Shown here: positions 11,822-25,197 of the stretch, in pieces
Position numbering within the stretch: position 1 is the stretch's first letter
Layout: each line of letters starts with the position of its first letter
NCBI GenBank assembly: GCA_000320545.1
Contig: ADNK01000611.1
Location: 1 to 35,883 of the forward strand
Reading direction: 5' to 3'
Length of the DNA: 35,883 nucleotides
Source of the DNA: Bigelowiella natans CCMP2755
Taxonomy: Eukaryota > Protista > Cercozoa
The notes under the pieces: model-generated
Databases searched by the model: none
Seen by the model: the letters and a program-made list of their open reading frames with translations, nothing else
Told to the model about the DNA's origin: nothing
Translations under genes and position numbers: made by a program

Positions 11822-14373
11822 ATGCCCCCTCGATGGAAGCAGCAATCCGTAGCAGCTTTACTTAGACCTAAGAGGGGTAATTCTAAATCAGTACGTGTTA
11901 GCCGCTGTATTTAAAACACGTTGGGCGTGTTTTGGCCATCCTGAATCATGCCTTGTTCGGGTAGGTGTCAACAAAAAAAAGGGGAACCCACCTCGGAATG
12001 CCATCAAGAAGAAAGACGCTTCAGATTCATATTGCACAAAGTATCGGCCGCTGGTCTTCGCAAAACCCAAGCCGAGACTTCCATCGAATACTCCCGCACC
12101 GGTCAGGCGACAGAGCGATGAATTCATTACTCCCGGAGTCAATGAAAATCGTGCAGGTGGAAAGCAGAGTATACGACGGAAGTCAGAAAAGGTACTAACT
12201 TAAAAGGATTCTAAAGTAGCAATGTGGCAGATAAGTTATATTTGGGCTTAATTAAAAGGTTCCTATCCCGACTCCAAGAGCAAATTTGAAAAAGCGCTTC
12301 AGCTTGAGGGAACAAGTCGTCAGCCCACACGAGGATTCGAGTTTTGTGCAGCATGAGAGCTCAGATCACCCAGATCCTCCACCCCACACTGTGGCTGATT
12401 CATCATCGCAGCTCGATCTTGGGCTGATAGACAGCGATTCAGAAGAGGATATGTGTCCCAATTTTTCCATCCCGATACACAGTCGGAATCCTGATAGTAG
12501 GACTAATCGGAAGGAGGAGAAGGTTCCTCTTGATGCCATGATCTAACGTTCAATTATATTTTACAAACATATTATTTTGAACCCCCTCAGAAAATAGAGA
12601 TCATTGATCTCGTGAGCGATTTCAGTAAGTCACAAGGTTCCGAAGAGACATCAAAGCTGAGAGAGGATAGGCTCTTCTCACGGAACGAGTCTAAAATGCA
12701 TTCGCAAGCAACTGCACAAACTGCCGATGCTGACTCTACCGATGATGAACTAGGCGACTCATATCAACGCAGGTTGTATTTATACGACGTGTGTATTTGG
12801 TCCCAAAGAAAGAAATACTTACTGTTTTCCGCCGCAGATCTAAACGGTCTCCCCGGCGACCTTTGGCAAGAATATTTGCAGATAGAGCCTCCTCTCGCAT
12901 GAAACCTTTGTCTCCTTCGAAATGCAACATTCGGGCGAATAACAGAAATGGCATGCGCAGGTTGCAATTGTGCGGCAAACAATCTGGGCTTCCTTTAATG
13001 ATGAGTTATTCAATACTGTGTGTTGCAGAAGGGTTGAGCCGTGCGTGCAAAAGCAACATAGGATGATGTCTGACACACCAAGCCTTGCTTCGAAAAGGGA
13101 GGCGAAAGGAGCTGGGTTGAACATCATACCTGCTCCTTCCATCGTTGGTTCTGTTGATGGTGACGACGACGACGACGATGATGATGAATATGACTCGGAG
13201 GATGAACCGTGCCGACCAAGCCTAGCTCCGAAGAGGGAGGTGAAAAGAGTTGGGTTGAAAAAAATACCTCCTCGTTACATCGTTCATTCAAGTGATGACG
13301 ACGATGATGATCATGACTCAGAGGATGAAGATGACCCCTATATGAAAAGGTTGCTCCGAATTCTCTCGAGTAGTGCAGAATGATTACAAGTTGTGCCATC
13401 GTCCAGGTTTCGGCCGGTCAGCGAGCTCGTATCCGCTGGTATTTTACAGGGGAATGTTCGGTACACAGTTTGCACGATAGCGACACTTCATATTTGGTAG
13501 TGAGAGATTCTATCCAACAGGACAAAACCTCCCGCTCGATACCAAAATTCGTGCTCTTCCTTCAAGGCAGATACATCGTCCCATCGAAAGGGCAGCCCTC
13601 CTACCTCGGACTCCTATCTTCGAGATAATGATAATGATAATGATAATGATGATGATGATGATGATGATGACTCAGACGATGAAGACGACCCCTACATGAA
13701 AAGGTGGAAAATCCAAATAGAGTATGCATAAGGTTTTGCCAGGATCAGAGATTTTTTTTTTAAAAAAGGTTTCGGCCAGTTAGTGAGCTCGTTTCTGCAG
13801 GCATCCTGAACGAAAGCGACGTGAACGTGGTGAGACAACAAAGTGAATATTGGCAGTAATGAGAACAAATTCAAACGAGCACGTTTACGTCATATACAGT
13901 CAAAGATAATGAGCAATGGAAGATCAAGAAAATCAAAGAAATCAGCGCGTGCGTCGACGTACACAAGCGATCCCACCACACATTTCGTGCGTAGTGGGCG
14001 CCGTTTCATTAGTGAGGAATCCAGCAGCTTTTCTCGTCAAGATAACTCAGCTTATAGTTCCAACAGCCGAAAGGGTAAAGGTTATTGGGTCACGCTGCGA
14101 GGTAGTAAGAAGAAAAGTTCTTGCAGCACTCATATTGTCATCGTCTTGATAACTAGAATAATGATGTATGATTGACTTGCAGGAGGACAGAAACAGTACA
14201 TTGCAGGAGATGGACGCAAGCTGACAGGGTCTGCTGCTTACAAAGCCTACAGAACCCAGCAAAAAGAGAACGGCGGCACGACATCTGGCAAGAAAGCCAA
14301 AACACGGAAAAGGAAGAAAGGTGGCAAACGCGCTGGAGCCAGAAAAAACAAGCGAAAACGAAAAAAAGCCTAG
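11822..14373 (+). CDS. Hypothetical disordered nuclear protein with a SIM-like motif, acidic repeats, a conserved-looking C-terminal motif and a basic NLS-like tail
   Basis: Short GT-AG introns join MPPRWKQQ...-GVNKKKGNPP...-VPIPTPRANLKKRF...-KIEIIDLVSDF...-RVEPCVQK...DSEDEDDPYMKR-FRPVSELVSAGIL...-KGKGYWVTLRG-GQKQYIAGDGRKLTGSAAYKAYR...KRKRKKA, with stop TAG at 14371-14373. Confidence 0.7.
13075..13810 (+). repeat. Internal tandem duplications in the coding sequence, including a duplicated exon-intron-exon junction
   Basis: PSLASKREAKGAGLNIIP..D-run (~13078) and PSLAPKREVKRVGLKKIP..D-run (~13216) are two copies. GACCCCTAYATGAAAAG|gt occurs at ~13349 and ~13703, each followed after an intron by ag|GTTTCGGCCRGTYAGYGAGCTCGT (~13407 and ~13769). 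Confidence 0.85.
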
Positions 14374-15468
14374 CTTTCCTTCGACGCATGACATATAGGT
14401 TATTTTTGCTCGTTTTTTATTCGCTGAAGTTTGGTAGATGCTGAGTACCTATATCGGCTCTACGCCCATATTTATCCAGGCGCATTCTTGCCCGTGTTGA
14501 TTGATATAATTACAGCATGGCAATACTCGTGCAAGTTATCATACTCATGATTCAAACAAATATTTATGTACGTAAGATTCACGCTAAAACGGATGTGCGG
14601 GTGCCAGCATGAATGAAGCCTTTGGTGCAATTAGAAACGCATACAATTTAAGCGCTGTAGCCGCAGCATTGCTTAGCTTCATTAGGGTGACCATTGAAAT
14701 TTTTTAATTTATTCATCACATCCGTCTCATATGTATGTAGTCTGGCATCATGTTATACATGTTCCTCGTAATACAACTGGCTATCTGCATTAACGTACAT
14801 GACGACTAGTATTATGCTTTACCATTCTCGCGAAAGGTTGACCTAGTAGGCAAAACTTGCTACGATGGATAGCTACTGTAATGTTGTGTACGCGCGTAAG
14901 CATGGAAGCTCATGCTGTATGAGAGGGCCTGATCGATGCAGCGATTACTAGATAATGTAAAATGTTGTTTGGAGTTGCGAGGCAGTGAAGCTTAGTAATG
15001 AGAATGTAATCTTCACAAGGAATATTCGCTGAACTATGACGTTGCAGCACACGGCTATAGCTTAGCCGACGATCGCAATTGCAAATCGCTGCATTTACTC
15101 TTTGGATGGTGTGCTGGCAGCAGTTTCCTTGGCAGAAGGATCGTATGCAGTCCCGGGAATGCCTGTGATACGCAGCAGGACAGGAGAACCGTGTGCTTGT
15201 GTTCACGTACAAGCAAGCAAATACGCAGCATCGACTACTGCTACATCATCAAAAAGATATAAAGAAACAATATCGGGTAATATGAATTGTTGCTGAGACC
15301 TAAATGGCATGCTATAGGGAAGATATCCTCCAGAAATGTGCAGCAGTTATTGCCATCACCAAGAATCGGTATCATCCGGTAGCTGAAAAAACGGTAAACA
15401 AATTCGGTTCATAAAGAGTTGCAGCCACATAATTACATGCTATAATCAGCATCCTTTGTACATTTAAT

Positions 15469-18244
15469 TAGATTCGCAACCCTAAATCACCTACGATACA
15501 GATAATGGGAGGTTGCAGTCGGAATAAGAGCAGGCAATACCGCTGTCCTTCAGTAGGGTAAACCGCTTCAGCAATATCCTTTCCGTTTCGAATTTGGCGG
15601 GTAACCACCTTAAAACAGTATATTCAACAATGCCAAAAATTAGTCAATGCTCCTCAGAATTAATATCATAGCATGCCCTTCTATTGAGATTCTCCCCTAT
15701 CAGAATCTTACCCTTCTACGATCTGGATTCAATAGCTCGGAGATTGCTGTTGCCTGCGGAGAGGTATATAGTAGAAACCTTGACCGTCAAACACTCACTC
15801 CAGGATTCTTGCTATTTTCTTAATCGTGACAATTTGAGCTGCTGCTGCGGTGTGGTGAATTTTTTAAGCGATAGACACCTGGACTTCATCAAGCTCGCCA
15901 GTCATCACCGTCACCTCTTCCCAATCTTTAATGTCATCTGCATTTACAACCATATAATGTATTGGATCGTACTAAGTTGTGTGTGTGTGTGTGTGTGTGT
16001 GATTGTGTGCGCTCGAATAAGGTATCAGCTTCTAAAAAGGGTGCGTAGTTGCTCACAACTGCTACTTTCTTTTCCAACGGATTGTCTATCATAGAGTGGG
16101 GTTCAATCATTGAAATCATTATTTCCAAATTAACCAGCATCCTACGTTTCGATTTTCGTTTGCGAAGACTCTCTGTGATGGGATCAGGGGTCACGAGAAC
16201 TCCTTGTTGAGACACCACCGCAGACAGAACAGCCCTCCTATCACGAATGGCGCAGGATACTGCATCATTTCAATGAAAGTATACCATGAAACCATCCACT
16301 ATTAAAAGAGTTTGTTTTAGAGGAGAGGTTCACACTACATTGGTGAAGTGTAATTTTCAGGATAAAATCCGACAGTGATGCTAGGCGCCTGCGGCGCAGA
16401 TCTGTTGCATTGTTTCCCTGGTTCTTGTTCGCAGCCATCTGCTGGGAATTCCGGGAATACAGGGAATAACTCCACCGCAGTATGCCCAACGCGGTAATAT
16501 GGCACTTTAAATACCTTCAATTTTGAAAAATTCTTTTTGTGAATTTTTATCATTCCTTCATTTGTACAACTCGAGGCAGCTGCCGAATTTATTACCCGAT
16601 ATTTGATCCCAGTTGTCCATTTTGCTGGTAAACATGGGAGACGTTCACTTCCGGCCTCTGCGGAAATTGATCGAGGATGGTACTCCGACCGTGGGAAGAG
16701 ACGGGGTTTATGACTAATAAACAAGGAACAACACATCCCGAATTACACCACTCGTCCGAAATTTACATCATCGATAAAATACAATAATTTGAAGGTAGAC
16801 CCGCGAACAATGCCTCTGATATCTAGAAAATCTGATTTCCGAAGTCGCTGCTGCCAAGCTTTCCTCCTACACCTTGGATGCGCTCTGCCGTGCAGTGGTG
16901 CTGAGGAACAACTGCGATGGGCAGACAACGTGCCTCTACAGAAACGATGAGGAGCCAGCATCAAAACGAGCATCGATGCAAGAGTGTTACTTGTGGAGAG
17001 AATCATTCGCGCTCCAGTCGCTTGTCGGTGGTGTCAACGACCACCATCGCCGCCTTGTTCGGCCGATCGTCGGTCGGCACCCAGATGAAAAATGCTAAGT
17101 CTTCCTTTTTCTTGTGCGACAATGAAAGTTCGATGACGCATACAATAAAGGGACTTATCCTGACTGAATGTCAAGATGGAAGAGGCGTCTGAAATGGTGC
17201 CTTTTTTTATGCTACGACAATGATTTTGCCCGTCGCATCCACAACTAGATCAGAGTAAGGGAGTCCGCTTGCTCGAGCCGCATCCTGAAAGGGCACACGC
17301 CTTTGTGATCGCAACATCCCCGCTCTGATACTTCCGCCTCGTTGTACTACCGGGTCACAGTAAACCTAAATGGAACATGCGAACGATTGGTATTTTCCCG
17401 CGTTGCTGAGTTAGCTGAAATGAGTGCGGAAGGGGGCAGGGCTCCCGAGCTCTCTGTCCTCTATGAGAGCGATAAGGATGGGGTTATTCTACAGAATTCG
17501 AAGATCTTCTTCATGGGTAATGTTAAAACTTGTTGATAGTATTAGTACCATGAAAGAATATAGATGGAGGCAGTTGTGCCCTTTGAGATTCATAACCGAA
17601 TAACAACTCACATCCAGCCCTTTTGTTGATAGATAAGCATCCAGAACTTAGACTTCCAGATTACATGCCGAAGAAATCTGAGCGGGAGGAGCGGTGATAT
17701 TTCATTAACATTATATCTAAATCACTCAAAAAATCACTTCAAGAATGATCTGTATACTAGCCATAGTTTGCAAACTTGTCAGAATTTGAAAGTAATCATA
17801 GCTTCTCTCTCAACATTCAGAATGAAAAGGCGGGATGCTCAACGAAAGAAGCAGCCTGCAAAGGAGCGCAAAAATATATCGCATTCCTCGTTCCAACAGG
17901 TAGAGCCCCCCCTCTTCCCTCTCAACTTTGACCGTATTCGTAGCCTGTGAGAAAGTCCCCTCGAGGATTAGTTTTCATCAACATGTACCCAATGTTGTTG
18001 AATATTGTATTATCGAAGGATATGGAGGAACTCTTTCTTTCACCCCCTCCGAGGGAAAAAAGACTCGTTAAAGCAATTAAGGTAAAACTTACGAGTTATC
18101 ATGGTGGAAAGATTGTATATTCTGGAAAGCACGTGCTCTTTGTTGGTCTGCGATAAGTCCTAAGTAATGCGATGCCGCCTCTGTCAAAAGGATAAATCAA
18201 ACGAAAAGGGAGAAGGAAGTGGATCTCTGCAAGGCGACCCTCAT
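15469..18244 (-). CDS. Hypothetical multi-exon gene with many short exons; 5' half poorly resolved
   Basis: The last exons splice cleanly: DDIKDWEEVTVMTGELDEVQ-QESWSECLTVK-ATAISELLNPDRRR-VVTRQIRNGKDIAEAVYPTEGQR-LRI*. Protein-like internal exons include DIRGIVRGSTFKLLYFIDDVNFGRV and DAARASGLPYSDLVVDATGKIIV. No family was recognised and the start is a guess. Confidence 0.45.
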
Positions 18245-18485
18245 GAGGAGCGGAAGAAAAAGGTTATCGCATCTTATTAGATGCCAACCGCTTGAAAATG
18301 AATCTAGCGAACAAAATGCAGATTCACGCACCTATTTCATAAATACATACACGCATACATACGTTAACAATATACTTGTGTTGTGATGGACAAGAGAGTA
18401 GAGGGTCGGTGTATAGAATTATCTTAGCAAAGTGAGGTTCCATGCGCAGGGGGTGAATTCTAATTTTTGTGGTTGCAACAAGCAG

Positions 18486-20432
18486 ATGGAGAACGAGGAG
18501 TATGAGCTCAGGTTTGTATTAGAAGGCGATACCCTCCACCCCATTCACTACACATCATCTCTGCTGTCGTTGACATGTTAAATAAATAAAGGCTGTTGTT
18601 AATGGGTCCTATCATTTTCATCAGCAACATCATCATCATCATCATCTTCGAAAATAACAATAACAACTTAAACACTATTATTATGGAAGATCCGCTATCA
18701 TGAATGTAAAAAGTACTATTACTCGCCAATTGCAGTGATGGAACTACTGACTGCTTAGGCGAGATGATGATGATGATGGTGATGATGATGGTGGTGGTTT
18801 GAATTTTCCAAACAGCCATAGTACATTGCTCATGAATCTTTGAGTCTAACTAGGAGCGAGCGATGGACGACTATCTCCTCCTTGTCCTCCTCCTCCTCTC
18901 TCTTCGTCATGTACGTACTTTCACATTTATCGACTCATTCATTGATGCATGCAGCGCTCCTGGAGGACTGCCTTTAATCGGCAGCATCTTGGACGAGAGA
19001 GACTCGAGGCAGGAAGCCCTCGACCGCAAACGCTTATTCCGTGAACTCCTTCAAACCCGTAAGGAGGGGGGGGGGATAAACTGCCTTCCGTATCCCCTTG
19101 CTGACCTCGAGGGTGTCAGGTCGCTGCCTTGGGAAGACGAGATAGCGTGGGGAGGGGGGGGCACAAACAAACGAAGCGCTGCTGCAGGGAATCTTGGTGG
19201 TGGTAAAAGCAGCCGTGTAGCAGCAGCAGCGTTAGCAGGTGGCAACGATGGTGATGATGATGATGGTGACGACGAACCCCTCGTTCCCGTTGTCAACGAC
19301 AGTGAAGACGACGACGATGAGGATGAGGATGAGGATGAGGACGATTCACAAGAGAAAAAAAATCACAGTACCAACGAGAATGATGATGGAAATGATGCGA
19401 CCCGCTCTCGCGATAATGCGCATTCGTCTAACCGTAGCAGCAGCAGCTACACCAAAGCGGCGGGAGAAACGGGAAGTGCAAGATGGCATGACAAAGGACC
19501 GTATTCTTCAAGGGGGGGGGGACGAGGGGGGGGGGGGGGGGGAGGCTACAGAGCGTCCCTAGACAATATGCTTCTCAAGATGCATGGGCATGCAACGATC
19601 TTCGGCTCAAGCAGCACTTTTGGAGGAAGAGGAGGAGGAGGAAGAGGAAGGGGTAGAAGCAACAGACGCCATTATCTGAATCGTCGACAGAGGGGTGGCA
19701 GGCGGAGAGGAGGAGGAGGAAAAGGGGGTACTAATCCTAACGCCGTGGTGATGTATTGGTCAAGAAGGGGTCTTCTGAAGCCCACGCTTTTCGTTACGGG
19801 GGAGGGGGAGGGAACCCTTCACGGCGGCAACAGGACAGCTCAGCAGCAGGCTCTACACCAATTTCATCGTGATCAGCCGACCACCGGCACACAACAAAAG
19901 GGAGGGGGCAACGGCCAAAACTCTTGGTGGGAACACAATATCGTTAGCAGCGGCAATAGAGGAGGAGGTGGTGGAGGAGGAGGAGGGATGGGGATAAAAA
20001 AGATATACGCAACGAACAAATACCGCTACACCATCACTGAGATAGGGCAGCAGCTTATGAAGCAAAAGCAGAAGCGGCAGCAGATGCTAGCAGATGCTGC
20101 CTTAGAGCGCAAGCGTCGCCAACAAGGGAGAGGGGGGAAGGGAGGGGGAGGTCAAGTGTCTTGGAGGGGTGGTAGTTACAATAGAGGAGGAGGAGGAGGA
20201 AGAGGAAGAAGATTCGTCAACACGGTAAGTGAGCGAGGCAACATTCTATAGTCGATAGAAAGATCAGATAAATATATAACTCCCTGACTCGTTTTCTTGG
20301 GGGAAAATAATTATCATTATCATTATTATTAAATAATCAATGAATGTGTTTGAATATGGTATTGATATAGCAATATTCCCGTCGTAATGCATGAGTAAGG
20401 TGCATTGGATCTGAACATAATGCAATATATTC

Positions 20433-20474
<42 letters not shown>

Positions 20475-21603
20475 TGATATGATGTTCGATTTTTCTGTCC
20501 TCGTTGTTAGGATGGTAAAAGCAGCACAGGAGAAGCGCAACAGGAAATCACTGCTGCCAATGGACGGGAGGAGCAGAGTGCCACCATGTCTTTGTCGTCT
20601 TCTTCTTCGTCATCATCCCAACTTTGGGGGCGGATAAAGCTCGACACGGAGGCTATGTTGCGCGGTTGGCTGAAAGCTCTCGATTTAGAATCGCGCCAAC
20701 GCATCCACCGAGCGGCTGCCGACTACGAGCGTCGCGTCCTCATTCGGTTAAGACGCATGAGGCGGCAACGGTTACGACAGTTGAATAGCAGTAGTGGGAG
20801 TGGTAGGAGTGGTAATGGTATGATCATCTATGGCAATAATGAGCTAGTAGGAGGAGGAGATTATGGTAGCAGCAGCGCCAGTACTGCTAGTAGATTCTAT
20901 CTTGGAGGCAGCAGGAGCAGCAACAACAATCGTAGGCGATCTTCATCGTCAGCAGCATCATCACGAAATCCGAACCAACCGCTCGTGGAAGCACTTCGGC
21001 TCGCCCACATGAACGCTGAGCAGAGAGAGATCTTCCTCAAGTACGTCAGGTACCGCATCAGTTGTCGCAGGGAGAAGAAACCAGGGTCGGAGTCGCTGCT
21101 GGGAGCGCTGATGCCCTTCTTTTACCACAATGATGATGACGAAGAGGCAGCAGCAGAGGAGGAGGAGGAGGAGGAGGATCAGGACGGTCGGGGTGGGGCC
21201 TTTCCCGGAGGAGTAAGTAGCAGTATTTATGGCGGCAGCAGCAGCAATAATATTTCACAATGGAGCAGCAGCAGGAGGAGATTAGGGGGGGGAAGGAACG
21301 GCTCTTCTTCTTCGCAGAGGGGGGGGTTTGGTGGATGGAGCGATCTCAGTGTAGGAGACCTGAGAGACATCCTATCGTTCGGCTTGAAACGCTACTATGA
21401 TAGAGCTAGAGCTCCTATGGAAGAAAAGGACGAGATGACGCAGCAAGGTAGGGTAGTAGTAGTAGTAGTAGTAGTAATAGTTAGAAGAGGTGATGACTAA
21501 GGAATGGGGGGAGAGAGGAGAGGAGGAGAGAAAGAGAGAGACCACGTACACACTCACACACACACACACACATACACACACACATATACACATACAAGTT
21601 GCA

Positions 21604-21639
<36 letters not shown>

Positions 21640-22553
21640 GGAGCACAGAGGTGCATAAAGAATGTAATGTGTATTTGCGTGCGTGCATGTGTGTGTATCT
21701 AATAAAATCACTATCTTCCTCCCCCTTTTCACATATATGACTAAGAATCATCATGATTGTGTGTCGTCTACTATTCTCTTCTTCCTTCCTGTCAGAACGC
21801 AATCGATTAGAAGCGATGAAGTGGATGCAAATTAGCAGCCCCTCACCCACGTCGTCATCGAATCTAACCGGCAGCAACGTTAAGGATGGAGCGGACCGAA
21901 TCGTCGGTGGCGTCTCCAGGCCTTCTTCCTCCTCCCACAACGGCGGAAACGATCAGCAGGGCCGACTGTCATCATCATCGCTGGGAGGGCGGCAACGACG
22001 TGGCGACGGCGAGGAAGGAGAAGCAGCGCACAGCAAGCGAGGCAACCGCAAGCTGGGTGTCTGGAGAGTCAACAACGATTTCGCCTCCAGCGCCTGGTTA
22101 GAGTCCGTGGTGTGGGACGAGAAAGTACCTCCCAAACGCAAGCCGCTCACTCAACTCATCCTCGACCTCAACGACAAGAACATGATCTTTGAAGAGGATA
22201 TTCCAGGGGGGGGGGGGGGGCGAAGGCGGCGGGGGCGACGGCGACGACGAGCCCGATGACATCTGCGTTACTATCACCAGGGATTACATCAAACAAGAAG
22301 GCAACGGCGATGATGACGAGAACGATGGAGGAGATAATGATGATGATGACGAGAAGTACGAGGACGACGATTTCACGACGTACCAAAGGCCACCGGACCT
22401 CGATCCGTTCAACATCGGCGTGGACTATACTGACAAGTAATACTGCTGCTGCTATCATCATCATCATCGGGAGGAGAGGACGAACGAGCGAACGATCTCT
22501 CGGATGATATCAACAACTATTATCAAATATGTGTATTTAAATATATATTATAA

Positions 22554-22588
<35 letters not shown>

Positions 22589-23418
22589 ACAAACGAACGA
22601 AAGGATAGTAGCAGCTTGTCCTCTTTCTCTCTCTCACAGTCTTTTCTACCTGCGATGCGTTGTTGTTGTTGTTGTTGTTGTTGTTGTGGTGGTGGTGGTG
22701 GTGCCGCCGCCAGGTATAAAGCCCACGCCCGCAGTCGGCGAAAGGTCGAAAAAGAGGTCAACGTTCAGCACCTCGGGCCAGCGCAAAAGCTCGATGAAGT
22801 GTGGTTTCCTCACCGGCTCGCTCACAATGTCCTTGCCAGGCATCATAAGCTGCCTCTTAGATTTCGAGACCAGAAATTAACGGACGGGGTGGGCTATGTG
22901 GTGAAGCTTGGCAAAGAAAGCAAGGTGGTTTGGTTGGTTAGTGTGCGTTAGGGATTATTGCGCGTAATGGTGGTGGTGGTGATGGTGGAGAAGATGATGG
23001 AAAAGGAGGAAGAGGAAGGAGTGACAAAATAGAAACTAATGTGCACGTATCACCCAATTTATCGTCCTGCTGCTCTCTTCCTCCTCCTCCCCCTCCCCCC
23101 CTCCTTCTTTTCGTTCGACAGAAACTGGAAGACGACAAGGTAAGCAAGAGCTGGAAGAAGCATTCTGCAAGCGAGGGCCGCGTTGTCCTATTTGAGTACA
23201 TCGAGCAGAACCCAGCTCTAATTGCGAATACCGGCATGGCGTCGTTGATCCTCAAGTACCATCGTAAGAAAGCTAACGAAGAGGACCTCAACCCACCAGA
23301 TCCAGAGCTCGGTCGAAAGCAGGTAGTAGTAGTAGTAGTAGTAGTAGTGGTACTTGTATTTGTCGTAGCTTATCCGCCATCCATCCATCCATCAAGCACT
23401 GTTGCTTCTGTGTTCATA

Positions 23419-23467
<49 letters not shown>

Positions 23468-25141
23468 TATGTATGTGTATATACTCCAGCAAACACGAAT
23501 TAACGCCTGCTTTTCATCATCATCACCACCACCACAATTTGCAATAGAAGCAGAGAGTGTCGAGCAAGAAGCGCATACTCAATAGTATCTATGTTGTAGT
23601 TATAATTAATTACCATCATTTCTTCTTCTTCTTCTTCTTCTTCTTCTGAATTATAATGTCTTCCTATTTGTCAGGTTCTCACCATGGACGACCCATCACC
23701 GTTTGACCTTGGAGATGTCCTTCCTAACTTCCCGATTCAATGCATGAAGAATATGCTGTTTTCCGCACCGATCTTCCCCCAAGATATCACACAATACGAT
23801 GACGATGACGATGACGACGACGATGGTGACGATGGGGATGAGAAGAAGCAGGGAGGCGGCAGCAGCAGCAGCAGCAGCGGTGATAGGAAAACCACGAACG
23901 GTACCACCGCGCAAAGTGGTGATGATAATAATAGCGCTCGGAGGGAGCAAAAGCGACGGCGACGGAAACAGAGGTAAGATAACCCTCGACAGGATGCACA
24001 TGATAGTGTGTGTGTGTGTGTGTGTGTGTGTGAGTGTGTGAGTGTGGTAAACCAATTTACTATATTTGTACTTCTACTACTACTACTACTACTACTACTA
24101 CGTCGTCGTCGTCGTTTGCTGTTGTCGGTAGGATTTTCCTCCTCGTGTACAAACCGCGCAAGAACAGCTGGGTGATTCGCCGACTGCCACCAAACAGCTG
24201 CTACACCGTTGGGCAGACGCAACCCAAAATGTTCGTTCACGTCCCCTTCACCAAGAAGGCGCACGAGCAGCGGAAGAACCGCGTGAAAGTGTACATTCGC
24301 AGCCATCTGGGAGAGCTTAAGAGCGAGGGGAAAGTGGTTCCGCGGGTGACGTCACAGATGGCCAAAGTCCTGGAAAAAAACATCGCCGCGAAGTTTAACA
24401 CGGACCTAGAGAACACGATCAGACTCGATCTGACCGTGAGGAAAGAGATAAAGGAGTTCCGCGACGCCTCCGATGCCGACCCCACCGTTCTTACGAAAAT
24501 GTGCCGCCCGGAGGACGTTTGCGCGTAAGTAGAAGAAGCGACTATAGTGCGTAGTGATTCGTAGGTTTTCCGTGCTTCCATCCCCCGACTAACGCCAGCA
24601 CAGATGATAATGATGATGATGATTTGATATTATGCCCCCTCCCTCCATCCCCCCATCTTCCCATCCATCCATCCATCCATCCATCCATCAATCAATCAAT
24701 CAAATCAACAGCTACGAGTCGATGTCCTCCGGATACGAGCGGCTGAAGCAGGTCGGAATCCCGCTAGTCCTTGCCCCCAGCATTCACAACGGCCGCAAGA
24801 TTAGCATGGACGACTTCATCAGGAAGATCTGCCAAGTCATCCGAGATCAAATCAAACAATACCAAACCGAGAGGCAAAATAACCCGCTAGGAGGAACATT
24901 GCAGCAGCGGCAGCAGCAGCAGCAGCAGCAAGCGACAGAGTTATCTATTCTACCAAAGACACTCTTATCGAAAACGGGTAGCGGCGGCGTGTGGGATGCG
25001 CTGCAGCTTACTGCGTTTGTGCGGGGAGAGCTTGAGCTAGCACCGTGGCAGGTCGCAATAACGACAACATCATCATCAACAACAAATAGCAAACAGTGAT
25101 AATCGTAGAGTTGAAAGGGTTCAAAGGCACACACGCACACA

Positions 25142-25197
<56 letters not shown>

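Noticed and set aside
14374-15468. Short ORFs in the AT-rich region between convergent genes
   Set aside because: No coherent exon chain or motif was found. The region was used only as a TA-normal control.
16270-17005. Apparent in-frame TGA codons (16270-16272, 17003-17005) suggesting Trp/Sec recoding or a pseudogene
   Set aside because: Nearby alternative splice sites (GATGCAG acceptor; an earlier GT donor) bypass them, and other genes here use TGA as a normal stop.
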